64,000 nt of DNA from Lingula anatina. Lineage: Eukaryota; Animalia; Brachiopoda. The stretch spans positions 29,078,001-29,142,000 of the forward strand of contig CM120642.1 in assembly GCA_051362555.1 (NCBI GenBank), given 5' to 3'. Position numbers and translations under genes: made by a program. Positions 48,402 through 60,679 of this stretch are shown here, piece after piece. The notes below the pieces were generated by a model, which was given only the letters and a program-made list of their open reading frames with translations, was not told the origin of the DNA and made no database searches. The stretch's first letter is position 1. Each line of letters starts with the position of its first letter.

Positions 48402-50849
48402 TTATATTTTAATCTTCATAACAGCCCAACGTAATAAAACACTGTCTTCGCCATTTTTACCGGGCAAACCGGAGTGTTTGAACCAGAAAAAGCAACTTGA
48501 CAAACAGTGCCCCGGAACCGCCATCTTACCAGTAAGAGTGACGGTGGTACATTTATTATACCACCATCCTCCCTCAAACTTCTGGCTACAGTTTATATCA
48601 TTGTCATTGTCATAGGTATAAAATCTCCGGAGGTGATAATACCATAACTTATCCGTCAGGTTGCCCTCATTAGAATGCGATACCTTTAAAAGGTATTGAT
48701 CGCCTTCTGAACCAATAAGGAAACGTTCATGGATGTTCCAAAAGTAAGAGTCGGTCAGCATGTCCCTGACTTCGATCATTAAGGAGTAGTCCCCTTGATT
48801 GGTAAGACGATGAAACGCTTCCAATCCCAGCCAGTGGTCGCTGGCAATGTTACCAAACCCGTTTTTATAAGCTTCCCACGACCTGAAATGCACGTATGAA
48901 TGGCAGCACTATCAGAAAAATTTTTCTTTCCATCTATACCTGCGTCAACCGGCGCTCACCTTTCAACCGCAGGGGCGGATCCAGGGTTATTTGAAAGGGG
49001 GAGGATCTGGAACGACAGGTCTCGGATGCGAAGCCGACCATCACCCGTTTGGTGTAGGGTTTGGGGCCTATTAAAAGGCCCCAAAAATTTTGCGGCGTTT
49101 TGAAGAGCAAACAGTGCCATTTGATTCGGTTTAGAATTACGATTTAGCTAGTCACAATTCTAATTTCAAAGCGGAATATTGGTGTGATATATTTTTTAGA
49201 AACTGAAGGGGGGGGGAAGACCCCCCTGACCCCCTCTAAATCCCCCACTCAACCGGTCCTCACCACTGAGAAGTGTGCGCCGGCTGTCACAAGTATAAGT
49301 ACAGGTGGAGTACAACAATTAGTTGGCACAAGTTGTAATGCTAGGAACTTCATGTCCGATACTCAATGTATCGGACGACAACGCAAATATCAATTAGAAC
49401 TGAGTGCTGCTGAAAGGCACTATCCTGCCCAAAAGCTCGCCGATATCATAAGTATGCCTATGTTGTTTATTGAACAGAAGCAAAGCTTGTACTTTGGTTA
49501 AAAATAAGTCACCTTTGGTTCATTATGCACCAATCTTCATTGGGAAACTATGACTAGATTTCGCTCGTTTTTTACTTAATTTTTCTCAGAATCATAGTTC
49601 ATGGGGTTTTCCGTTTACCTGTTGAAGTCTAATTCCGGACCAGTCCTTCGCATAAGAACCGTCCATCCCCGTTCACAATAAACTTGGATTGCCTTTCTCA
49701 TGGAATGAACGTGAATCCAAAACACACCACCATCCAAGTCTGAAATGTAACGGAAATTGGCCCATGGCAATTTCTGTTACCATCTAACCATCGTATTCTC
49801 AAATGAGGCAAATCTTCATGGTGCCTTTTATCCGGGCACCCTCTAATTACCACCAGTGCCGTATTCATTGCTATCTATATTCTCACTAGTCTTCATTTCT
49901 GTTTCTTTCTATCACCAGTTATGTCTGAATTTACTTCAATATTGCAGTACATAAACTCGCTAACGTTATGGATTCATATAGGGTTTGCACTGCTTGATTT
50001 CAATTTTCACATTTTTATATAAATGTAAATAAAAAACTCTGGCCACTTAGAAACGAAAAGTTTATAAACACTTTTCAAGTATTGGATTGAAAAAGGGATT
50101 TTTAAAAATAATTATTTGTATTTTTATCATTATTTCGACCATTGGGCAAGGAATCATATTGAATAATATTACTTACTGTAATCGGCACAGTCCTTTGGAA
50201 TCTAAAACAAATGCACAGAAATACCAAGGTTTTATTTGTCCGCTTGATCCTATGACCACGAAATAAAAGGTTTAACAAAGGTACAAAATACAAAATATGT
50301 CTTGCAATCATGAAACCGGTTCACCCTTAACTGAAGTTTGAAACTTTCAATCAAAACACCTAAGTTAGAAGACATCACACATAAAACAAGCATTCATTCG
50401 AACGAAAATAGCAGCAGTACGACGAATATTTCTTGTACAAAAAGAAGCTCACAAATCCCATGACCCCCCCCCCCCCTTTTGTACGCTTACTATTTTAAAA
50501 CTAATCTTGCAACAAACTGCATATGACCTACCTTCATGTAGTACGTGCTTTCAGTATCATCAACAAGAGATGTGGAACTAGTGTCGAACTCTGTACCTGT
50601 ATTCAATTCACATGTCATATCGTCCAATCTCATGTTAAAAGACTTGCACTGGGTATTTTTCTCACAGAGATTGGCACACTCAACACTACTGTTCTGCGTC
50701 GTTCTGTCCAAAACAGACCCTGACAGATATTTTCCCCGTTTGAATAGGAATAATCGTGCATTTGAATGCGCACCTTCCTCTATAATGTGTTTCAGAATGC
50801 AAACTGTGCTGTTCATAGCTAAGCATATCACCAGTAATCTTCCTAACAT
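48402..50849 (-). CDS. Secreted PAN/apple + fibrinogen-C protein, copy 2
   Basis: Exons 50849-50532, 50201-50177, 49739-49619, 48882-48402; same structure as copy 1. Confidence 0.92.
48970..49250 (+). mobile_element. CAGGGGCGGATCCAGG-family element in intron 3 of FReD copy 2
   Basis: Same insertion site as 45401; caaccg occurs on both sides. Confidence 0.8.
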
Positions 50850-51389
50850 GTCTGAAAAGGGGTTCTATAATATTTTCGCGACTAAGAATGTTTTAACACC
50901 CGCGTTATGTCTCCTATATCCCATATACTCATAATACGACTTTCGCCTGTCTCCAACCCTCTCGTGATTATGAATGATAACATGAGTTACAATCGAAAAT
51001 TGTTTGAATAATTGATTACCATGGCAAAACAATTTTATTTCCTTGACAAACATCATATGTTAGCTGAGCAGAAAGCGTGTAACACGTACAAGTTATGTAT
51101 TCCCTTTTTAATACGTATATTAATGATGATTATCGATGTTCTCTCGTGGCGGTAAATGAATGCGGCGCGATAATTTACCTATGCTTCTGAATGATAATAA
51201 ATAACTCAAACATTTGCTTGTAGGCTAAAAAGGTCTAACTGAAAATTCGGTTTTAGTATTTTATAGTATTTTAGTTTTAGAAACCGAATTCCTCCATGAT
51301 AGGCTTAAAGACTTTCTATAGTTCCCAGAGAAAGGGTGGAAGAATAGGTGTATCGAGAAGAAAAAACACCCTTTTCTACGAGGCAGTTA

Positions 51390-51470
51390 GACCACATTCT
51401 CATACCTAGATCGATCTAGCAAGAGCAACCCATCTCCGAGGGGTTTCTTGCTAAATTATGTTCAGCTTAA
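51390..51470. mobile_element. 5' remnant of the 31054 MITE family
   Basis: ttagaccacattctcatacctagatcgatc...ggggtttcttgctaaattatgttcagc resembles the left end of the 31054 and 38204 copies. Confidence 0.5.
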
Positions 51471-51808
51471 GCGGCTCGGATGTCTGGCACCCGCCAGATA
51501 TCGTGCCAGATATGTAAGCAAAGCTAAAAAATATATTACCTCGTGCCCATCCATTAAAATCTCTCTTCTGCTAGCCAATGAACACATTACACCACCTGTA
51601 CAGCACCATGAGCTATGGTAGTGTACAGGTAATATATATTAAGCAGTATATTTCACATATATCAAATCATACCGCAATGCTTAGATTAACAAATAAACAT
51701 ATATATTATCCTTTACATAAGCTTTTCTGGTGTTTTGTTTATCATAATTCGTTTATATAAATCGATAGTGTTACAAGAGAATTTCGATCTGGACGAAGTT
51801 GACTTTGG

Positions 51809-54206
51809 TTAAGGAGAGGACAAGCATCTTAAGTGTGACTGGCATTCATTCTGCAATAGTTCATCCCTAGCCCTTTTAATCTTCAAAGCAGCCCAGCGTA
51901 ACAAAGTGCTCTCACCGCTACTGCCACTGGACACACTGGTGTGTTTGAACCACCTTAGGCATTTTGACAAACATTCCCCCGGCATCGCCATTTTAGCTGT
52001 AAGCGAGACACGGGTGCAGGTGTCGTACCACCACCCTGCCCCGTACTTTAGGCCACAGCTCTTATTATTGTCATTGTCATAGGTATGAAATCTCTGGAGG
52101 TTATTATACCATAACTTATCCGTCAGGTTGCCCTCAGTAGAAAGCGATAAGTTTAAAACATATTGATCGGATTCCGGACCAATACGGAAACGTTCACGGA
52201 TGTTCCAAAAGTAAGAGTCGGTCAGCAAGTCTCTCACCTCGATCATTAAGGAGTAGTTTCCCTGATTGGTAAGATGATGAAACGCTTCCAATCCCAGCCA
52301 GTGGTCGCTGGCAATGTCACCAAATCCGTTTTTATAAGCTTCCCACGACCTGAAAGGCACGTACGAATGGCAACACCAAAAGAACATTTTTTTCTTTTAA
52401 AACATCTGTACTTGTGACAACCAGCACACACCTGTCAACCGGTCGTCACTCATGAGGTGTTCGCCGGTTGTCACGAGTACAGACAGTGTACAACAATTAA
52501 TCGACACAATTTGTAATGCCACGCGCGTCATGTCTTCGACTCAACGTATCAACCGAGTGCTATGAAAACAACTACATATAGTGACCTAAACTTCATAGGG
52601 TTCAACAGCTTCGGCCTATATATATTACAAGTTTTCCTATGTCGTTTCTTGAACGGACACAAAGCTTGTTGTATGGTGGGTGGCTAAAGTTAAATTGCCT
52701 TTGCTTATCAATCTCCCCAAGCAAAATATCATTAGACTATTATTACTTAATTTTCAAAAAAAAACACACTAGAGCGTGGCATTTTCCGTTTACCTGTTGA
52801 AATTTAATTCCGGCCCAGTCCTTCGCATAAGAACTGTCCATCCCCGTTCACAATAAACTTGAATTGCCTTTCTCATGGAATGAACGTGAATCCAAAACAC
52901 ACCACCATCCACGTCTGAAATGAAACGTTATTTCAGTTCCACGGTTAACACTTTTTAAAAATCTAACCATTGATAGCGCACATCACCATGGTGATCTTTT
53001 TCCCCCCTCTACATGTATCAACTCGTTACTCATTACTCATTACTTACTACATAGTATTTCCATAATTTTTTCACTTATTTTTTTTTCTTTTGTTATCTGC
53101 ATTTACTTATCCGTCTCCACCCTGATATCCCAGGTTTCTGATGTAGTTGAGAAATAGTATACAAAATTGAAGTATGGGCGACACAATGATTTTGTAACAG
53201 ACTTCTTACGTTCCCTGTTGTAAGAGAGTACGCAGTGTAACTCATTTTGCCCTATTTGAAACCATAGATGTTTAAAATGTATATAGCGATTTATAATAAA
53301 GATATGAGACCGCTTGATTACAAATAAAAAACCTATTTCGACCATATTGTACAAGTTTGAAGGGAATTGTATTACTTACTGTAATCAGCACAGTCATTTG
53401 GAATCTAAAACAATAAATGTGAAATAGAAACAGCAAGGATTTACTCGCACGTCTGATCCTATGAATAAAAATAGACAGTAAAAACATGCCGTTTCCAAAA
53501 AGACAAAGCTTGTGTTCCCTCAGCTCACGTTTGAAAATATTTAATAAAACACTCACTAACGAATATAACACATTAGAAAGGTGCACAGTTGCAAAAGGGG
53601 GGTTCTTTTTCTGAAAATGTGGACCTTTTGTCACGAAACCTTAGTTTACCTTAATCAAATTAACAAAGAAAGGACATTTTCCAGCAAAAAGGGGGTTCTT
53701 TCGAACCCCCTCCACCCCAAACCCTCCTGGCTACAGGTCTGCATTCGAACGAAAATAGCAGTAGTATGATGACTTTTTTATTCTTATGGCGGCTAATTTT
53801 TATACGGTACGACCCCCTCCCTTCCGTTTTCTAGGGTCCTCGTTTTTTTTTTATAACCTCATTATGAAATATGTTTATTGCTTACCTTCATGTAGTGCGT
53901 GCTTTGAATATCATCAACAAGAGATGTAGAACTAGCGTCGTACTCTGTACCTGTATTCAATTCACATGCCATATCGTCCAATCTCATGTTAAAAGACTTG
54001 CATTGAGTGTTTTTCTCACAGAGATTGGCGCATTCTACACTACTGTTCTTTGTCATTCGTTCCAAAACGAACTTTGGCAAATATTTCTCCCGTTTGAAAA
54101 GAAAATAATTTATACTTGAATTCGAACTTTCAGCCATAATGTAATTCAGAATGCAAACTGCACTGCACAGAGCAGAGCATAGTACCGATATACGTCTTCC
54201 TGGCAT
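51809..54206 (-). CDS. Secreted PAN/apple + fibrinogen-C protein, copy 3 (most divergent)
   Basis: Exons 54206-53886, 53404-53380 (IPNDCADY), 52914-52794, 52349-51809. Confidence 0.92.
53585..53741. mobile_element. Fragment of an interspersed repeat in intron 1 of FReD copy 3
   Basis: gggggttc...cgaaccccc...ctggctacaggtctg block is absent from the matching intron of copies 1 and 2. Similarity to those copies resumes at cattcgaacgaaaatagcag. Confidence 0.5.
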
Positions 54207-55046
54207 ATCTGAATATCTCTAAGATTTTCATGATTAAGAATAAAACAACTGCTTTAAGTCTATTTTCGAGATTACCCGAGTGTCAATCGAATATTGATAA
54301 TGTTGTGAATTTTTGTGTTGCCGGTAACCATGACAAAACAGCAAAAATGCTTTAGTCCAATATGTATTTTATTTACTTGACAAACAAGATGTATCCATTG
54401 GAGGAGAATGCTGACATATGTATGAAATATGCATGTCGCTTATAATTACTATACCACCTCCCTGATATTGATGTTTCTCATGACAAGGCAAAAATACGGT
54501 GCAGTAATGGGTCTATGCTTTAGAAAAGCAATAATGAATTAAACGATTGGTTTCATCTAACCAATATGCGTCAGACCTTTAAATAGTGAAAAATCAATTG
54601 TCTTCCAAATTTCAGTTTTACACAACGGATGTACGTGCTATTAAAAACTATGAAGAAAAGTTATGGTCTTTAAACACGTTTTCGAGTTCAAGTCTTGTCT
54701 TTACAGTTGCAGGTTCCAGGAGTTTTTATACGGCATATAGGAATGATTAATACTATCCAAGAACGTACTTTCTAGTAATACGTCGTTGAGGTGCATACAT
54801 GTATATCGCGTGGCAACATTGTATTTTCTTCTTTATTGTCATGACAGTCATTTATTAAAAAGTTCATTTATACAGTACATGTTCACATAGATATACCGGT
54901 AACTGTTTTAATATGATGTTTTCCAAAACTGGAAATATTATTGGCAAAAGTTATTTTCATCAGGGTATAAAAAGAAAAAAAAATCATTTTAAAAGGTGGT
55001 CTTCGACCTACGGCAATCAATCCCAACACGCTCTCAAACATAAGCC

Positions 55047-58000
55047 TTATTTAAGCAAGTACTTTGAGGCATATCCCAGAAAAGACGTTCCTTCGTGTCG
55101 GTAACTTTCGTCATTACCAGAGGTGTCTGGCCTCGGCGACGCCGCCACGCGACCAAGTTCGTTAAAACGACTGGTACCTCCCGGATTTAAACTCTTCGGT
55201 GCCCCTGGAATGCATGCGCGTTCGTCCGCAGTCCTTGGCGAACAGCCCGTTAAGCTGGCACCCTCATCCGTTGACAGACCAAATACAGGCGTAGAAGCCA
55301 CACTTGTGACGTCACTACCAGAATCGGAAGCGATGGCCTGAGCGGTGACGTCATCAGCCTGTATGGCGGTCCCCTGTCGTTTGGTAGCAATTTTTGCCTT
55401 GCACACAAGTTTCCCTCGCCCATTATAGAGAGCGGGCCAGATGAAATAGTTTATTTCTCCTGAGGTGCAACCCCACCGATCCTGTAAGAGATTGTAATCA
55501 AATCTAAACGGGGGAAACAAATTGAGATAGGTTCGGAAGACGACATTAAGATAATATGTGTCTCGTTTGATTTTACCGCAATGGCGTATCTGAGACACTA
55601 GATGCTTCTCCAAAGTAAAGTTATGTAAAGTGACGCCTTAGATAACTATAGCTATGCCCGTCAAAAGGCTTGAACCTAGAACTTTCAGGTATCTATATCT
55701 ATTAAGGAACTAAAATTACCCATGCAAAACGGAGAATGTAAATCTATGTGGTTTGCAGCCCCTGTCTTATTGCCCACGTTGTAAATTACACTTCTGCAGC
55801 TTAGGTGACTGTAAGGAGATTAGAAAAAAAGGTCAAACAAACATGCACTGGTGCCAGAAAAGCCATGGAACCACCGATTTTCTTTACCTCATGCACCTCT
55901 TTGTCCATCTTCGCACCACTCCAGTCTAGTTTCATCGGCGGGTCCAGGACCACCATTTTCCAAAACACACGGACACAGTGACGGACAAATCTCTTCAAAC
56001 AGGATGACTTGATGACGTCTTCATTGCACTGGAGACTGGTCCGTAATTGCTCTAACACATCCTGAAAATGGTATGCATGTTACGCTGTTAACATGTAGTG
56101 ACTACTATCAGTGACAACTTTTAAAAGCGTAATCAAACATGTTGTACTAGTTCATGAGCGCTAATATATAAATGTAGTGAATATCCTATGGATATTAAAT
56201 TGAGCAGTGTTCAAAGGATAATAATAACATGTCGCCTTGATCTCTTCCATATGAGCCCATACTCGAAGTCGATTTTGAAGTGGTTGATTACATATCATAT
56301 GTATCATTTTGAATCGATGTACCTGATTTATTTCCTTTAAGTCATGCCGCTCTGTGTTGTTGACCAGGAACTGCCGAATCGTGTGCGATATCCGATCGAA
56401 AAGTTCCTTCTATAATATAAAATGAACATTATCATAAGCGTTCACTGAAAAAATTACGAAGCGCGTTCTAATTTTAAGTGCAGGTATTTTTTTCGTAAAC
56501 ATATATATTTTTGTTAAGAGTTCTAGTGAAATTAATCAAATTAACAGAGTACAAGAGCATAAAAACGGGGTACAGCTCACCTCTTCTTCGCTGTCGGCGC
56601 ATGCGTCTTCCACGTGCCTGGGAAGATTGGCATCTAATGAACTATGCCGACTGTCGGAAGAATGGCTGTGTTTGCCTTCTGAAGACGTGCGAAAACTCCC
56701 ATGACCGTGAAAGGTTTGGTTGAAATTGACGTCTATCGTCGGTACCCTCAAGGAGGCCTTCCACCCCTGCGTATAGTTCTGAAGCGCCTTTTCTGTGCAT
56801 TCATATGACACCTGCACAAAATATTCATTGACACATAAAAACGATGAAAATTTATCACACAATTACGTTGGTAAATTGAGTTTATACTAACTTATGAGCA
56901 AACAAATAGTCCTAGAAACTGATTTACTTACTACTGGATTTTTGCCAGTGGTTTCTGTCACTTATCATGTTTGTCAACACATTTAAAACTTTGCAGAATC
57001 ATGTTGTAACGTAACCATGGTACCGGGATATACATGCACATGCATTACCCATTCAAAAATTACTTATTGCAATGTAGTTTTTATATATAATAACTCGGTT
57101 AATTTGATAACAGTGATATTGGGTGAATATAAGTCGAGATTAAATCCCTATGACAACTACATTTGGAACAGTTAAAATATGCTATATTAATGTGATTGGC
57201 ATTGATAAAATTTGACCGCGTGCACAACAATATGGCACGCAGTCTGACAAAATATAGATAACAGATAATAAAAATGGGAAACAACAGTCAAAACTTGAAT
57301 TTATTATATGATTATGGTTTAAAGGCCATTTATCTTAGAAACTCTTTCTAGAATAGTTATTGACGACTTTAGAAATTTATCAGTTGTGAGACTCAAGAGA
57401 ACGAAATTTGTTTAGAACACCAAAAGCCAGAAAATAGCAAACAACAAAGCAGTTTATGATGACTAAATGGAACACGAACACTGAGTGAATTAGACAAACA
57501 CGAAATTTGTAAATGGGTAAAGAGAACAAAGGCGGTCATCCGAATAAAAATAAAAGAAAGTTAATTTGAACGGGAATAGTGTAGCCATTGTCCAACATTG
57601 ATCACTACAAATATCACTTCTACTATTGAAGGACAGGGGGGAGGGGGTTGGGGAGTGGAAACCTCGTCACTTTAAAGAAAGTTACCAAATAAATATCACA
57701 ATTAAAGGCGAGAAAGCGAATCAAAATTTCAAAGTTTACTGTTGAAACCCTACTAACTTTAAAAACAAGCATTTTGGTGTGTCTCCTAGTTGAGGAGTAT
57801 TATTCTTTTTTACGAGAGAAGCCATATTAAATCGTTAGGCGAAAAGACGTTGATGGCACAAAATTCATTTACTCACAGTCACTGCTGTGAACAAAATACC
57901 GATCCCTTCTTCTTCCGTGAATTCAAAGTCGTCTTGCAGTTGGTCCAGAGCTCTGTCGTGCTCTTCCTCGTACAGGTCCATCGTGTACATGTCCACCAAC

Positions 58001-59033
58001 TGGTCAGGGGTCGTGGCCGCAGCCGGTCTGGCAACATTAACGGCGTGCGGGTTTAATTCCCTGTTTATCCTGTGCTGCAATTCGGCCAGCCTAAAATCAT
58101 TTAGATAAACGTAGTGATAATGTTAGTAAACTAGACTAACGCAGTTTTTTTCTTTGTATCAAAAAAGTGTCGTAGAGACATCTAGCATGTCTTCAAGGCA
58201 AAATACTCTGTGACTCCCGTCAACTGTTTCTGACCTACAGACATTAACTTTTTGAATAGCCGTGTATAAAAATGCATGTATACTCGGTAGAACAAAGTTT
58301 TAAAAAACAATCAATAATTTGTTCAGTTCCTGTTATTTTTTTATGACTGCACCTCAACAAAGACTTGCAGTCTAGGGGGGCAATAACAAGAATCAAGAAT
58401 ATTGGGATTGAAATTTGGTGACCGTCCCCTATGACGTTACCTCTTATTTTGCTGTGCCATCTTTGACGTCATGCTTTGATTTCTGGTCGACAAATCACCT
58501 GTCGTCGATCGCAACGTTTGCTCTTCTGTGCTTTTTCCCTCCAGTTGTGAAAGATAAATGTTGTTGGCGTCCTTAAGAGTACTGTTCTCAGATATCTTCT
58601 CACTCAATTGTCTTTGTATTTCGCGAAGTTCTGTCTGTAACTCTCGAACTCTGTAATTCTGTTTGTGTAGTTCTCTTTGGGTATCACTGACAAGAGAAGA
58701 AAGTCCCCCTTTCTTGAAGAAGTGATCGACGTATTTTATATGTTCCACGCAATTCGAACAACCCTTGCACGCCTCTTTCAACTGTTTGTTTGCATTCTTG
58801 ATAATATCACCTAAAACTTTCTTGTGTTTCTGACATGAAGGGGCGTAGGATAAACCAGAATGTTCAGTATCTAACTTGAAATCAAAAATGGCGGACAGGA
58901 GATACCGATTTGAGGTATCTTCTAGGCATTCCACAGTTTTTCCGATAAGTCCGAGCCGCAGATGCGAGAAATGGTGGCTGTCTTGTCCTTGCCTGTGAGC
59001 CACTGAAACCTGCCGTAGGAGTCCCAAGTCCAT
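55047..59033 (-). CDS. Coiled-coil protein with MIEAP/SPATA18-like C-terminal domain, ~577 aa
   Basis: Exons 59033-58441, 58090-57877, 56811-56581, 56409-56323, 56061-55888, 55481-55047 join in frame (GT-AG). Motifs PDQLVDMYTMDLYEEEHDRALD, CVRVFWKMVVLDPPMKL and YFIWPALY...KLVCKAKI resemble the MIEAP-domain pattern. A long heptad region lies in the first coding exon. Confidence 0.82.
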
Positions 59034-59698
59034 CTGCAAATAATTGAAATTAAAAAGTCAGAGATGTTGAGGCCGAGCTAATGCACTAGGATACATGAGA
59101 ACACGTTGAGCGGGGTATATAACACGAAAAGAATGATGTAGACACGGTGGCAAAAAAAAGGTGACTGAGGTGAGAGTCCCAAACCAATCCGAAAACGTTC
59201 ATTGTTCGGAACTGTATCGGGGAGATATAACTAAATGTACATGGAGGTATCATTAAATAATAATTAACTGCGCACATATAGGTAGATGTAATAGGTCTAT
59301 GTCAAACATTAAAAACAGTACAAGACACGAGAGAGTTATGAGTAACAAACGAAACGGTTGGCGTGCTGAGATAGAAATCTGATTAATGTGAAAAATTAAC
59401 GAAAGTTTTTATTGGTTATTTACAGATATGGGATCCTATAATCGTTCAGGGGACGTTTAATATCACTTCTGCACTGATTGAATGTTTATCAATTGAAAAA
59501 CAAACATGAGTCATACTGTTTAATCCAGAGGTCTGTCTATACTTTTGCTATTGGGACTTTCAACCAAGACCCTAATAAAATTATTACCGATCCTAACATA
59601 GATTCTTACGTAAGAAAAGATAATGTTTAAGAGTGTCAACATAGTAGGAATCACGAGACTGAATCACGCGACTTGACATCAACAAGCTTTAACGTTAC

Positions 59699-60679
59699 CT
59701 GTATGACAAGCGAAAGTACGGATCTATAATCTGAGAATTAAATAAAGATGTCTCTTACTTAACAAACGATCTGTGTCCGCTTGGTTACTGTGATCGAAGT
59801 ACGTCCTTTTGTTAATAGCTGCTGTGTTGTCAGTAGTCAATTTTCCCCAACATAGAAATCACAGGCATATTTATGAACGATGATTAAGGTACATGTAACA
59901 TCGATTCCTACGTTGTCGAATCCAAGTTTGTACTTAGTCTGTTTCTTTAGACACTACTTAGAGCATGTTTGACTTTTAAAATGATCCCGATTACTCACCT
60001 TGGATCCTGCTTTATGACATATTAAATTCAGGTCCAATTTGAAGTCAGTTCTCACTGTGCTTTGTCACACGTATTGATACTTGAACTTTATCACGACGAC
60101 CCTATGCTCCGGCCATATCGCATTGATAACATAGATCAGATAACTCACTCCATCTGGGTCACGAATCCCTGACAAATAAACAGCTAAATTGTATTCAAAA
60201 TAAATCTGCCTGTCGTTGCGCAAGACACTCAATTAGGCTAGATAAGACAAGAAACCGATGTGAATATTTAAACAAATTAAGGAAGGTGACATCAAGACAA
60301 AAATTTGACGCCAGCAAAAATCCGCAATAAGGAGGTTCAGCCGATCTGCAGCTCAGCAACACGCCTACATATGAGAAAATGGTTTTTCTGGGGTAGGCGT
60401 CTGTTTGGTAAGCTACTGACAAATTATGTAAATGATTACGTCACCGTTTTTTTTTTTTTGTGCTTGTGTGAACGGGGTCTTCTACACGTTGACTTGTGAC
60501 CAATGCCTTCATCCATATTTACAACAGAGTAAGGGTTCAGCTAGGACAGAGTTAATAGAAGCAATGACTTGTATATATTATTGTCTAGAATATCTCTTTT
60601 ATGGGAGCTACATGGTTAGTTAGGCATGATTTTTTTTATTGGTGTAGATTAGCGCAAGAAGTCTTATGTATACTTCATA
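59699..60679. promoter_or_regulatory. Putative bidirectional promoter region and 5'UTR exons of the MIEAP-like gene
   Basis: Minus-strand donor AAG|GTGAGT at 59999/59998 and a candidate 32-nt UTR exon 59730-59699. The candidate first HSPA12 coding exon starts at 60680 on the plus strand. Confidence 0.5.

Noticed and set aside
59553-59562. NF-kB-like site GGGACTTTCA in an intron upstream of the MIEAP-like start codon
   Set aside because: A single imperfect 10-mer can occur by chance
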